Of a stretch of DNA of 64,000 nucleotides, positions 35,858 through 44,421 are shown piece after piece. The position numbers were made by a program, and so were the translations under genes. The notes beneath the pieces were generated by a model. It was not told the DNA's origin and did no database searches. It saw only the letters and a program-made list of their open reading frames with translations. How positions within the stretch are numbered: the stretch's first letter is position 1; the number at the start of each line of letters is the position of its first letter. The stretch comes from an uncultured Alphaproteobacteria bacterium (lineage in GTDB: Bacteria > Pseudomonadota > Alphaproteobacteria > Rs-D84). The stretch lies in the NCBI GenBank assembly GCA_964017835.1, contig CAXHMP010000002.1:275-64274 (forward strand), given 5' to 3'.

Positions 35858-35875
35858 TTTTTAGGGGTTCCTATA
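35858..35875. repeat. 18-bp perfect palindrome CCCTAAAAATTTTTAGGG
   Basis: Read directly from the sequence. It lies about 30 nt upstream of the ParB-methylase pseudogene start, in the divergent intergenic region. Confidence 0.9.
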
Positions 35876-36085
35876 TATAAGGTCGAGTGAAAGTTTACTC
35901 AGGCGCGAACCCAAAAAACGATACACTTCCCCTCTATATAGGCGATTTGAAAGTTAATGTGTTAATGTAGGGACAAATCTTATGTTTATACTTGAAAAAT
36001 ACGGCAATTTGATTATATATCAGAACGATATGAAAATTATGATGGAGTTATAGACCGTACATATAACAATTTGTGACATATAAAA

Positions 36086-37567
36086 ATGAGAACGCTGAAT
36101 TTGATTTCTTTTGCTGAAAGTTTGGCATCTGATGTTTCAGATGCAGCCTGTAGGTATTTGGAAGTTTTGCCGAAAGATACAGAAAAAGAAATTATACAAA
36201 TTCTGGCTAAAAGATTTATCGAAAAAGGACTTCCAGTCGGATCGTTTAATGGTTTTTATTTTGGCTATAATATACCTCAAATTGGAAAAGAATTCGATTT
36301 TTTGAGAATGGGTTCAAACTACATTGTAAATTTAGAAATAAAGAGTGAGTCGACCGAAGATAAAGTAAAAAAACAATTGGTTCAAAATAAATTTTATTTA
36401 TCTCTTCTTAAGAAACCATTGAAACTTTATACATACATATTGAATGTGGATAAATTTTATAGTTTAAATGAAGATAACGGCCTTTCGGAGATTGATTTTG
36501 GACAAGTCGTTACAAGTATTTTGGAACAAACAGATTTATATACAGATAATTTAGATACTTTATTTGGTGCTTTTAATTATCTTGTTTCGCCATTTAATGC
36601 CACGGATGAATTTATAAATGGATATTATTTCTTAACTCCGCAACAAGACAATATTATACGCGATCTCGATAGCATTTTTTGCAATTCTACTGGAAATATT
36701 GTGGCCATAGAAGGTGCGGCAGGAACAGGCAAATCGTTGCTATTATATGATTACGCCAAAAGAATAATGGAGAGTAATGATCGGGCTTTAATAGTTCATG
36801 TCGCGCAATTAAACCCCGGACATGATAAATTAATGAGAAATTATGGATTTTCTATTTCTAACATAAAAACGTTTATGGAAAATATAAATAATTCAGTTCT
36901 TAATAATTTTGATGTCATACTTATAGATGAGGCACAAAGGCTATTCACAAGCCAACTAGAACAAATTATAGAATATGTAAAAACGCATAACATAAACTGT
37001 ATTTTGTGTTATGATGAAAAACAAAAACTGTCAGATGGTGAATTTAGAAGTGAATCCGTTAGTCTAATTAGACAAAACTCCCGTCCGAATTATACATTAG
37101 GAAAGAAAATAAGAACGAACCATAAACTTGCATCTTTTATAAATAAGATGTTTGACTTAACGAGTGAATTTGATGGGAATTGCGCAGAAGTTTCTCTTAC
37201 TTATTTTAAAAACTTTAGAAGTGCATATCAATATTTAGAGACAAATGTAGATTATAGTTTTGTCCGGTATACACCATCAAGGTATTATCCAAATCCGCAA
37301 ATAAACCTATTAAGTGGTTTAAAATCGTGCGTTGGTGCCGCTCATGAAGTTATTGGGCAAGAATTTGATAATGTATCTGTAATGATAGGAAGAACGTTTT
37401 ATTATTCCGATAATGGAAAACTCTGCTCAAATACTGTTGAAAGGAATCCTTACAATTTCTTAGGTATGTTATATCAAGCTGTTACCCGTGCTAAGAAGAA
37501 ATTAGAAATCATTGTGGTTAACAATCCATCTGTGTATAAAGAGCTGGTTGCAATCATTAGAGGCTAA
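36086..37567 (+). CDS. P-loop NTPase/helicase-like protein (DUF2075-like) with N-terminal NERD/PD-(D/E)xK-like domain (493 aa)
   Basis: N-terminus GKEFDFLRMGSNYIVNLEIKSE (D..ExK). Walker A GAAGTGKS (aa 210-217, nt 36713-36736). Walker B VILIDEAQRL. C-terminus GQEFDNVSVMIG and AVTRAKKKLEIIV (UvrD_C-like). Confidence 0.75.
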   Translation: MRTLNLISFAESLASDVSDAACRYLEVLPKDTEKEIIQILAKRFIEKGLPVGSFNGFYFGYNIPQIGKEFDFLRMGSNYIVNLEIKSESTEDKVKKQLVQNKFYLSLLKKPLKLYTYILNVDKFYSLNEDNGLSEIDFGQVVTSILEQTDLYTDNLDTLFGAFNYLVSPFNATDEFINGYYFLTPQQDNIIRDLDSIFCNSTGNIVAIEGAAGTGKSLLLYDYAKRIMESNDRALIVHVAQLNPGHDKLMRNYGFSISNIKTFMENINNSVLNNFDVILIDEAQRLFTSQLEQIIEYVKTHNINCILCYDEKQKLSDGEFRSESVSLIRQNSRPNYTLGKKIRTNHKLASFINKMFDLTSEFDGNCAEVSLTYFKNFRSAYQYLETNVDYSFVRYTPSRYYPNPQINLLSGLKSCVGAAHEVIGQEFDNVSVMIGRTFYYSDNGKLCSNTVERNPYNFLGMLYQAVTRAKKKLEIIVVNNPSVYKELVAIIRG

Positions 37568-37582
37568 AAGCAATATCAGTAG

Positions 37583-38008
37583 CTATAAATGCACGATGTC
37601 GATGTCGGGGAATTGTTCGGCGATGTATTCGGCCGCCAGGCGGCGGTGGCATTGTAGAGCGGATTTTTCGGTACATAACAGGCAAATTCGGTCAAGGTCA
37701 GCCGGGGTGAGGCCCACGGTCGGGCGGCGTGCGGCCAATAATTCACGGTACATTCGTTCATAATCAGGCCAGGTTATGCGACCATCTTTATATCCGGCCA
37801 GGATTTCCACCGTTGGGGCGAATTCTGGGTGATATTCATATCGCGGTCCCAATGCCACCGCCAGGTTTTCGCCGCTATAAAATGGCACGTATGTGCAGGC
37901 GCGCCATTGGCGTATGTCCCAGACTCTGCGTACACGCACTGCATTTAACACGTCCATAAACGCGTCTGGGGTCTTGCTGCTAAAGCCAATTGTAAATATT
38001 TTCGTCAT
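37583..38008 (-). CDS. DUF488 family protein (141 aa from ATG 38008)
   Basis: MTKIFTIGFSSKTPDAFMDVLNAVRVRRVWDIRQ is a typical DUF488 N-terminus. The C-terminus has CTEKSALQCHRRLAAEY. The ORF track extends to 38053. Confidence 0.7.
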   Translation of the reverse strand: MTKIFTIGFSSKTPDAFMDVLNAVRVRRVWDIRQWRACTYVPFYSGENLAVALGPRYEYHPEFAPTVEILAGYKDGRITWPDYERMYRELLAARRPTVGLTPADLDRICLLCTEKSALQCHRRLAAEYIAEQFPDIDIVHL

Positions 38009-38167
38009 ATTATTGTAATTATGACGGGAAGTGCGCGCATAATCAACCATCAATCGCGATTAGTTCTTTTACCCGGATTTAAGCATTTTTTTTGTTTTTG
38101 TATCGTCCACGGTAATGAACGGCGATATTGAACGGGCGATATAAATGAATAAAATAATAAAAAAATG

Positions 38168-38196
38168 TTGACATGAAAAACATTGGGATATATGAT
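38168..38196 (+). promoter_or_regulatory. Putative promoter TTGACA-17 nt-TATGAT
   Basis: TTGACA at 38168-38173 and TATGAT at 38191-38196. An AAGGAAG Shine-Dalgarno precedes ATG 38224. Confidence 0.5.
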
Positions 38197-38223
38197 AGGG
38201 AGTAGTTTAAAAGGAAGATAAAA

Positions 38224-38607
38224 ATGGCTTTTATTGAATTTAGAGAAGTACGGGCAAAAAATAATGTACGGGCGACGATTTCTGGTCGCGGTGAATTATC
38301 ATTTACCGGCGGGGTGATGCGTAAATTCATGATTGATTTACGCCGGGATCGATTTGCCAAACTTTATTTTGACCCAGCAGACAAAAAAATTGGCCTGAAA
38401 TTAATCATGATGGATGACGGATACGCGGTGAAAATTCGCCCCCAAGGTCAGGGATTTAAAATTGTAAACAAGGCGTTTTTCGAAACGTATCACATTATGC
38501 CCAAAGAAACCTGCAATTATGATGTCACGATGGAAGATGACATGTTGGTGGTGGATTTAAAAACGGCGCGGCCCCGGGTTGCGGCGCTGGATACGGACGA
38601 CGAATAA
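38224..38607 (+). CDS. Hypothetical protein (127 aa)
   Basis: ORF with a good promoter and Shine-Dalgarno. Family not recognised. Confidence 0.55.
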   Translation: MAFIEFREVRAKNNVRATISGRGELSFTGGVMRKFMIDLRRDRFAKLYFDPADKKIGLKLIMMDDGYAVKIRPQGQGFKIVNKAFFETYHIMPKETCNYDVTMEDDMLVVDLKTARPRVAALDTDDE

Positions 38608-39109
38608 AAAAAACAGCCCAATCTGCTGGAACAGGCTGGGCTGGGGGAACGATTCTAATACACATTAGAACAATTCTAACCATTCTAAGTGTAACAAAAG
38701 TTCCCTAAATTGTCAAATTTTGATGTTTAATATAAAGCGAAAGGGGAATTTTATGCATAAATTTCAAATAATTGGTGGATTTTCATCTTGTTCTGGGGGA
38801 TGTGTGATGGGGATTGTTGATACATCGCGGCCAATCTGTACCATTAGACAGATGAATACAAGGGCGTATTTAAAGGGGATGTTGTTCTGCCTGATTATCA
38901 AGCGCGGCGTCGATTTTTTTTGGAATTTGCTGCATGGGATAGTGACGGGATTAATGGATTATGGAACGCAATGCTGGACGTTGTGTGGATAGTTAACGGT
39001 TGGTCAGCATGGGTATGATTATATTTATTTCCCATAGAGAAGGGCGCAGTGCGTACATTTCTGGCGCAATGTGGGGCGTTTGTGTTGGGGGGATAAATAG
39101 TATCTGAGA

Positions 39110-39690
39110 ATTTTATTAACGGTCCAAGACGAAGAAAGGTATTAAACCGAGTTTATAGAATACTATAAATTAATGGGAGGCGAACATTTTTATATATGCA
39201 TCCAATAATGGGACGGATGAAACGCCGAAATACAGAAAAAAAACACTAAATCGGGAATTATTACATACCAAGGTTATCCAGGGGAAAAGGATTATTCAGG
39301 GCAAAAGGTTCAAACAGATATTTATAATTATGCGGGGCATCATTATGGTATGAAAACGTGGTGGATGGCGATTATCGACGCGGACGCGTTTATTGTGCCG
39401 GTGGTCCATAAAACGATTCCGGAATTTTTAACCCGGTACGAGAAATATTCCCAGGTCTGTATTCATTGGGTTTTATATGGCAGCGCCGGCGGATGGATGC
39501 ACGGGCGCCAATCGATAAAATTCGCATAAATCGTTATGTAACCCAGTCATGGGATGAATTTATGGCCCAGATAAAGCACAGTCGTGCATCGGGTCGGGAT
39601 GATGATTTGGTTGTGTTTTTTTCGCGCCCACGATAAAAATGACGTAACCGGCAATATCGTGAAAAAATATACTTGTATCATCAAAGCGGG
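39110..39690 (+). pseudogene. Decayed paralogue of the downstream glycosyltransferase gene
   Basis: Fragments in shifting frames parallel the 40039-40965 product: LMGGEHFYIYASNNGTDET vs ILVGVEKFYLYDNDSTDDT; WWMAIIDADAFIVPVVHKTIPEFL vs RWMAIVDVDEFIVPVMHNTIPEFL; IDKIRINRYVTQSWDEF vs NKIRINHYAVKSYDEF. Stops and deletions separate the fragments. Confidence 0.7.
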
Positions 39691-39852
39691 TCGCAAGTGC
39701 CGGGCGGTAAACGCATCATTATTGGAAATAATGCCAATTCATGTTTTTGTTTCCGCGGGCGATTTTCAGATTTCATGGTTGATTTTAGGCCGTTTATCTT
39801 TTAATATGTTTTCTGTATTCATGCGATGCATGAGTATGTTAGTAGTAGGGCG

Positions 39853-39980
39853 TCGATAACCCGGATAACTAGCACACATTGTGTTTTGACTAACAATCCC
39901 GACACTTGTCGGGAAGTTGTGGCTATACAACAGGGTCATTGACCCGAAAACCACAAGGTCAAAGTTATCTGACTTATCGA
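39853..39980. repeat. Inverted repeat pair TCGATAA-N4-GATAACT (39853-39870 / 39963-39980) enclosing several small hairpins
   Basis: TCGATAACCCGGATAACT versus the reverse complement of AGTTATCTGACTTATCGA. Internal hairpins: ACAC-ATT-GTGT, TCCCGAC-ACTT-GTCGGGA, GTTGT-GGCTAT-ACAAC, GGTCA-TT-GACC. Confidence 0.6.
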
Positions 39981-40038
39981 ACTTCCCGACTCCTATTCCA
40001 CAAAATAGGGGTTTGTTTTTATCAAAGGGGATTATGAT

Positions 40039-40965
40039 ATGTCATTACCAATTTTAACGTCAAACAAGGTTTTATTTGCCAAAATTATGACCGGATGGAT
40101 TCCGTTCAAAGTCTATCGAAAATTGGCCCGGGCCATCATGTACATGGGGGTACGAAATTGGGGACGCGTTATGCGGACGGATAAAAAGCGAACATTTCCG
40201 CATGAATTGTCAATTGTGGCCACGATGAAAAACGAGGGACCGTATCTGAAAGAATGGCTGGATTTTCATATCTTGGTCGGGGTGGAAAAGTTCTATCTAT
40301 ACGATAATGATTCGACGGATGATACCAAAACTGTTTTGGCGCCGTATATTCGTCGGGGGATTGTCGAATATATCCCATGGCCGGGCGCGGGCCAGCAAAA
40401 CAATATCTATGTCGATGCATTGAACAAATTTGCAGAGGAAACGCGGTGGATGGCCATTGTTGACGTTGATGAATTTATTGTACCGGTGATGCACAACACC
40501 ATACCTGAATTTTTAAAGACGTTGCCGCCGCGGTTTGGGTTGTTGGTTTTAACGTGGATTATGTATGGGTCGGGCGGTCACCGGAAAAAGCCCGATGGCC
40601 TGGTCATTGAAAATTACAAATATCACGGGGACAAAACGCGGGCCGCGGGGTGCAAGTCAATTGTCAATCCACGTTTGGTGGTGCGTCAAAGCAATCCGCA
40701 TATTAACGAAGTGGCGGGCTTTGTCATCGATGAAAACGGCAAAAAGTTGGGGACGATTAATCAAACGTACAATCCGCCCAGTTCAAACAAGATCCGTATC
40801 AATCACTATGCGGTGAAATCATACGATGAATTTATCGCCCGTGGACGCCAGGGGAACGCCAGAGGCCTTAACACCCGCACGCCCGACAGGTTTGCGGCCA
40901 GGGATACCAATGACATTTATTCATCCATTATGGATAAATATATCGACCGGCTGAAAGAAATGTAG
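40039..40965 (+). CDS. Glycosyltransferase (GT92/DUF23-like or GT2-like, 308 aa)
   Basis: LSIVATMKNEGPYLKEWLDFHILVGVEKFYLYDNDSTDDT and AIVDVDEF (DxD-like) blocks. Confidence 0.75.
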   Translation: MSLPILTSNKVLFAKIMTGWIPFKVYRKLARAIMYMGVRNWGRVMRTDKKRTFPHELSIVATMKNEGPYLKEWLDFHILVGVEKFYLYDNDSTDDTKTVLAPYIRRGIVEYIPWPGAGQQNNIYVDALNKFAEETRWMAIVDVDEFIVPVMHNTIPEFLKTLPPRFGLLVLTWIMYGSGGHRKKPDGLVIENYKYHGDKTRAAGCKSIVNPRLVVRQSNPHINEVAGFVIDENGKKLGTINQTYNPPSSNKIRINHYAVKSYDEFIARGRQGNARGLNTRTPDRFAARDTNDIYSSIMDKYIDRLKEM

Positions 40966-41024
40966 AACTTGATTTAACGGCATAAAAAGGATAGCCTGGG
41001 GGAAAGTGATTAAGGGAGGTTTTG

Positions 41025-42017
41025 ATGAAGGTTTTGTTAACAGGGGGCGCCGGGTATATCGGCAGTCATACCGCCGTTGAATTGATGCGCGCCGGCCATG
41101 ATGTCGTGATTATCGACAATTTATCCAACGCGGACGCGGATGTTATCGATAAAATCGAACAAATTACCGGGCGCCGGCCGGTGTTTTACCAGGGCGACAT
41201 GCTTAATCGCGGTGATGTGGAAACCGTATTCCGTGACCATCAAATTGATGCGGTTATCCACTTTGCCGGGTTCAAGGCCGTGGGCGAAAGCGTGGCAAAA
41301 CCATTGATGTATTATCAAAACAATTTGGTGTCGACGTTAAACCTGTTGGATGTGATGGGGCTGCACGGGGTCAAAAACTTAATCTTTTCATCCAGCGCCA
41401 CCGTTTACGGTATGCCGGAAACACTGCCGATTACCGAGGATTCACCCCTGGGGGCCTTGTCGCCGTACGGGTACACGAAATTGGCGATTGAACGCATTCT
41501 GGGTGATGTGGCGGCGGCGGATGGGGATTGGAATATCACGATGTTGCGCTATTTCAATCCGGTGGGCGCAGACGCCAGCGGATTAATCGGTGAATCGCCG
41601 CGTGGGATTCCCAACAATTTGTTTCCCTTTATCATGCGGGTGGCAATCGGTGAATTAAAAGAACTGGGGATTTTTGGAAACGATTACGATACGCCCGACG
41701 GGACATGTATTCGCGATTATATTCATGTGTCCGACCTGGCGGTGGGGCATGTGCGTGCGCTGGAAAACCTGGGGGGAATGCGGATTTACAATTTGGGAAC
41801 CGGTCACGGGTACAGCGTTCTGGAATGCGTCCAGGAATTTTCACGCGCATGCGGGTTTGATATCCCGTATGTTATCAAGCCGCGTCGCGCGGGTGATGCG
41901 CCCATGGTTTATGCCGATGCTTCGCTGGCCCAGCGCGAGTTGGGTTGGCGTGCGGAAAAAAATCTGGGTGACATGTGCCGGGATTGTTGGAACTTTCAAA
42001 AAAATCAGAAACAATAA
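41025..42017 (+). CDS. galE: UDP-glucose 4-epimerase
   Basis: MKVLLTGGAGYIGSH Rossmann motif, SSSATVYG, YGYTKL (YxxxK), DGTCIRDYIHVSDL. GGGAGG Shine-Dalgarno before ATG 41025. Confidence 0.93.
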   Translation: MKVLLTGGAGYIGSHTAVELMRAGHDVVIIDNLSNADADVIDKIEQITGRRPVFYQGDMLNRGDVETVFRDHQIDAVIHFAGFKAVGESVAKPLMYYQNNLVSTLNLLDVMGLHGVKNLIFSSSATVYGMPETLPITEDSPLGALSPYGYTKLAIERILGDVAAADGDWNITMLRYFNPVGADASGLIGESPRGIPNNLFPFIMRVAIGELKELGIFGNDYDTPDGTCIRDYIHVSDLAVGHVRALENLGGMRIYNLGTGHGYSVLECVQEFSRACGFDIPYVIKPRRAGDAPMVYADASLAQRELGWRAEKNLGDMCRDCWNFQKNQKQ

Positions 42018-42031
42018 AAACGCATTAAAAT

Positions 42032-42057
42032 CGCCCCCACCACGGGGGCGTTTTTTT
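42032..42057 (+). terminator. Intrinsic terminator after galE
   Basis: CGCCCCC-ACCAC-GGGGGCG followed by T7. Confidence 0.85.
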
Positions 42058-42095
42058 ACGGTAACGGTCGATTGTGCGTTGCCCGGATGATGCAT

Positions 42096-42119
42096 AAAAA
42101 ATCCCCCCGGGCGGGGGGA
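42096..42119 (-). terminator. Intrinsic terminator after the 42140 OMP gene
   Basis: TCCCCCC-GGGC-GGGGGGA. On the - strand it is followed by TTTTTTAT. Confidence 0.8.
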
Positions 42120-42139
42120 ATTTGGTACGCATCCATACC

Positions 42140-42922
42140 CTAGAACGAATAACGCGCGCCCAATTTCAATTCATGCGCATAAACAAATTCGCCACCGATG
42201 GTCGATGAATTAAAGCGGTATGCCATATCCGCCGCCCAGTTTGGCGTAAAGTGGTACGCGGTGCCAAATCCAACCTGCCATTCGAAGACGGTTTCGTCAT
42301 TTTCCAGAACGGTCATGGATTGGTCAAAGGGAATATTGTTGGCCATGAATGTCGCGTCACCCGACACATCAACCTTGGCCTTTTGTTTATACGTGCCAAC
42401 GCCGATACCGCCCCCGACATAGGGTTCCCAACGTGAATCAGCGATTTTAAAGTCATAATAGACATTGGCCATGTATGAATTGTGCGTGACCTCGGTCGTG
42501 GTGGCGATGTCGGCGTTGACGTTTAGAATGCCGCCCAGTTTTGAAAAACTGCCGTTAAAGATATCGTATTTGTCTTCGGATGCGCTGCGGAATGCGGCCT
42601 CTAGTTCGGCGCGCAAATGTCCCCATTTGATACCTGCGACGAATTCGCCGGCAACGGCCATGTCGAATTTCATATCGCCCCCGCCGTCGCGAACAATCGC
42701 TGCACCCATCGCATCGGACATCAGTTTATTAATATCAGGATTGCGCATGATATCAGGGGTTAATTTGATATCGATATTGTCGGCATTGAATCCAACGCGC
42801 TTGGCAGATGTGCCGGCCTTGTCGATAACAATTCCCATGCCAAAGTAAGGGGTGATTTCCGCCGCCCAGGCGCCGGTTGCCGTGGTGACCGATATCGCGG
42901 CCATGGCAAATATTTTTTTCAT
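42140..42922 (-). CDS. Outer-membrane beta-barrel protein (porin/opacity-like, 260 aa)
   Basis: Signal peptide MKKIFAMAAISVTTATGAWA. C-terminal LGARYSF. Confidence 0.75.
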   Translation of the reverse strand: MKKIFAMAAISVTTATGAWAAEITPYFGMGIVIDKAGTSAKRVGFNADNIDIKLTPDIMRNPDINKLMSDAMGAAIVRDGGGDMKFDMAVAGEFVAGIKWGHLRAELEAAFRSASEDKYDIFNGSFSKLGGILNVNADIATTTEVTHNSYMANVYYDFKIADSRWEPYVGGGIGVGTYKQKAKVDVSGDATFMANNIPFDQSMTVLENDETVFEWQVGFGTAYHFTPNWAADMAYRFNSSTIGGEFVYAHELKLGARYSF

Positions 42923-43085
42923 TTTATATCCTTTTGCGTTTTAATCCTGTACTAGGAAAATTATCCCACACCCGGGGGCGGATTGTCAAACATAATCCGT
43001 TTATGGGGGGGATAAATAGAATACAGTTTATTTGACAAATGGTGAATTTGTGTATAGAATAAGTTTCTTTGGATAAAGATTGACC

Positions 43086-43616
43086 ATGAAACATGAACTT
43101 TATATACCAGTTTTGACGCGTCCCCTGTCCCAGACTTTGACCGATGGGGCGGCGCGTGATATATTGGGGGCGTATTACGCGACCGGTCTGGTGTACAATT
43201 TTGATATAAAACAGTGGAACCGCCAAGATTATTTAAATTTTCCGCTGATTCATCAATTGGCCCATACAAAAAACATGTGGGGCATGAAACGGGTTATGGA
43301 ACAAGCGCCCTGGATGGCGGGACGTGAAATTGCTGCGTGTGTCAGTTTGGTTATCCCCCTGGCGGATGTGCCAATGGGGCATGTTGGAATCGTCAACCCC
43401 ACTTTTTCCAACAGCGGGGTTGCTGTTGCAGTGAATCTGGTAATACGCGACCAAGATAGTGGCCGTTTAGAAATGGCCCCCAAATGGCAATGCGCCGATG
43501 TATACGGCAGTCGCCGCACCGCCGCCCAACTTGCGGGTGGTCAATGGGCTGGGCGGGTGGCCCAGCATGCCATATTTGGTAAAATGTTTGGCCAAGTCCA
43601 GGGATGGTGCAAATAA
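43086..43616 (+). CDS. Hypothetical protein (176 aa from ATG 43086)
   Basis: ORF followed by a bidirectional terminator. Family not recognised. Confidence 0.5.
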   Translation: MKHELYIPVLTRPLSQTLTDGAARDILGAYYATGLVYNFDIKQWNRQDYLNFPLIHQLAHTKNMWGMKRVMEQAPWMAGREIAACVSLVIPLADVPMGHVGIVNPTFSNSGVAVAVNLVIRDQDSGRLEMAPKWQCADVYGSRRTAAQLAGGQWAGRVAQHAIFGKMFGQVQGWCK

Positions 43617-43643
43617 AAAAACCGGACTGTTTCCGGTTTTTTT
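43615..43643. terminator. Bidirectional intrinsic terminator
   Basis: A7-ACCGGA-CTGTT-TCCGGT-T7. Confidence 0.8.
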
Positions 43644-43647
43644 ACGA

Positions 43648-44400
43648 TTATTCATCTGCCTCAATCGATAAATCATCGCCGGCCCGTGCCGCGGTTTCGA
43701 TTTGCAGCAACTGGTTTTCCAGGGCCGTGCGTTCCGAACTTTTGTATCCGGTGTCGGTGCCGGCATCGGGCGTGTCCTGGGGGGCGGCGGCAGTCGTGGT
43801 TTTCGTCGGCGAAACCGTCGCGGTTTGTACCGCGGGGTTAATCAGATTGTTATAAATGTCCATCGCTTCGCGGGTGCCGGTCATATCGCGGGCCAACAAT
43901 TTGTTTTCACCGGGGATAAACCATTGCTGAATCTTTAACGCCGTCAGTTGCATAATCGGGCGGGTGCGCGCCTGGGCAATCCAGGCGGGCAGGCCGGGCG
44001 TGTCGGAATAGTACCACAATGCCGCCCAATACACCAATCCCATGACCACAATCCCGCGGATAATTCCGAAAATCACCCCCAGCGTATGGTCTGTCACGCG
44101 CAGCATGCTGGCCTGGATTCGTGACCGCAGGCGTTGGTTAAACAGTCCCATTATCAGCAGGATAACGAAAAACACGATAAAGTACGAAGACACCATCGTG
44201 CCGACCGTCGATTCCGTCAGGTTAAACCATTGTTGAAACACGCCGTCCAGCCAGGGCGAAGCAAAACGCGCCGCCACCGCCGCCACAACCCATGACAGCG
44301 TTGCGACCGTTTCGTAAATACCCCCGCGTATCGTGGCCCATATCGTGGACGCCACCACGACGCCCACATACACATAATCCAAAGTTGTTAAATCCAGCAT
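43648..44400 (-). CDS. cvpA: CvpA family membrane protein
   Basis: N-terminus LDYVYVGVVVASTIWATIRGGIYE, four hydrophobic helices, acidic/low-complexity C-terminal tail. Confidence 0.8.
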   Translation of the reverse strand: MLDLTTLDYVYVGVVVASTIWATIRGGIYETVATLSWVVAAVAARFASPWLDGVFQQWFNLTESTVGTMVSSYFIVFFVILLIMGLFNQRLRSRIQASMLRVTDHTLGVIFGIIRGIVVMGLVYWAALWYYSDTPGLPAWIAQARTRPIMQLTALKIQQWFIPGENKLLARDMTGTREAMDIYNNLINPAVQTATVSPTKTTTAAAPQDTPDAGTDTGYKSSERTALENQLLQIETAARAGDDLSIEADE

Positions 44401-44421
44401 AGTCTTAGCCCTTTGACGGAA

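Larger units (their letters stand above)
22169..38114. mobile_element. Putative integrated genomic island (serine-recombinase type) carrying defence-like cargo; boundaries uncertain
   Basis: Starts right after the tRNA-Ser terminator. A large serine recombinase sits at the tRNA-proximal edge. Phage/ICE backbone genes are present (DUF2924-like, DUF5681-like, ParB-methylase pseudogene). 24.5-34.5 kb and 36.0-37.6 kb are visibly AT-rich relative to the flanks (judged by eye). The right end was not determined. Confidence 0.5.

Noticed and set aside
36011-36024. GATTATATATCAGA upstream of the DUF2075-like gene resembles the start of the CRISPR repeat (ATTATATCAGATTGG)
   Set aside because: The similarity is about 10 nt with an indel in AT-rich DNA. 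There is no further repeat or spacer structure, so it is judged to be chance.
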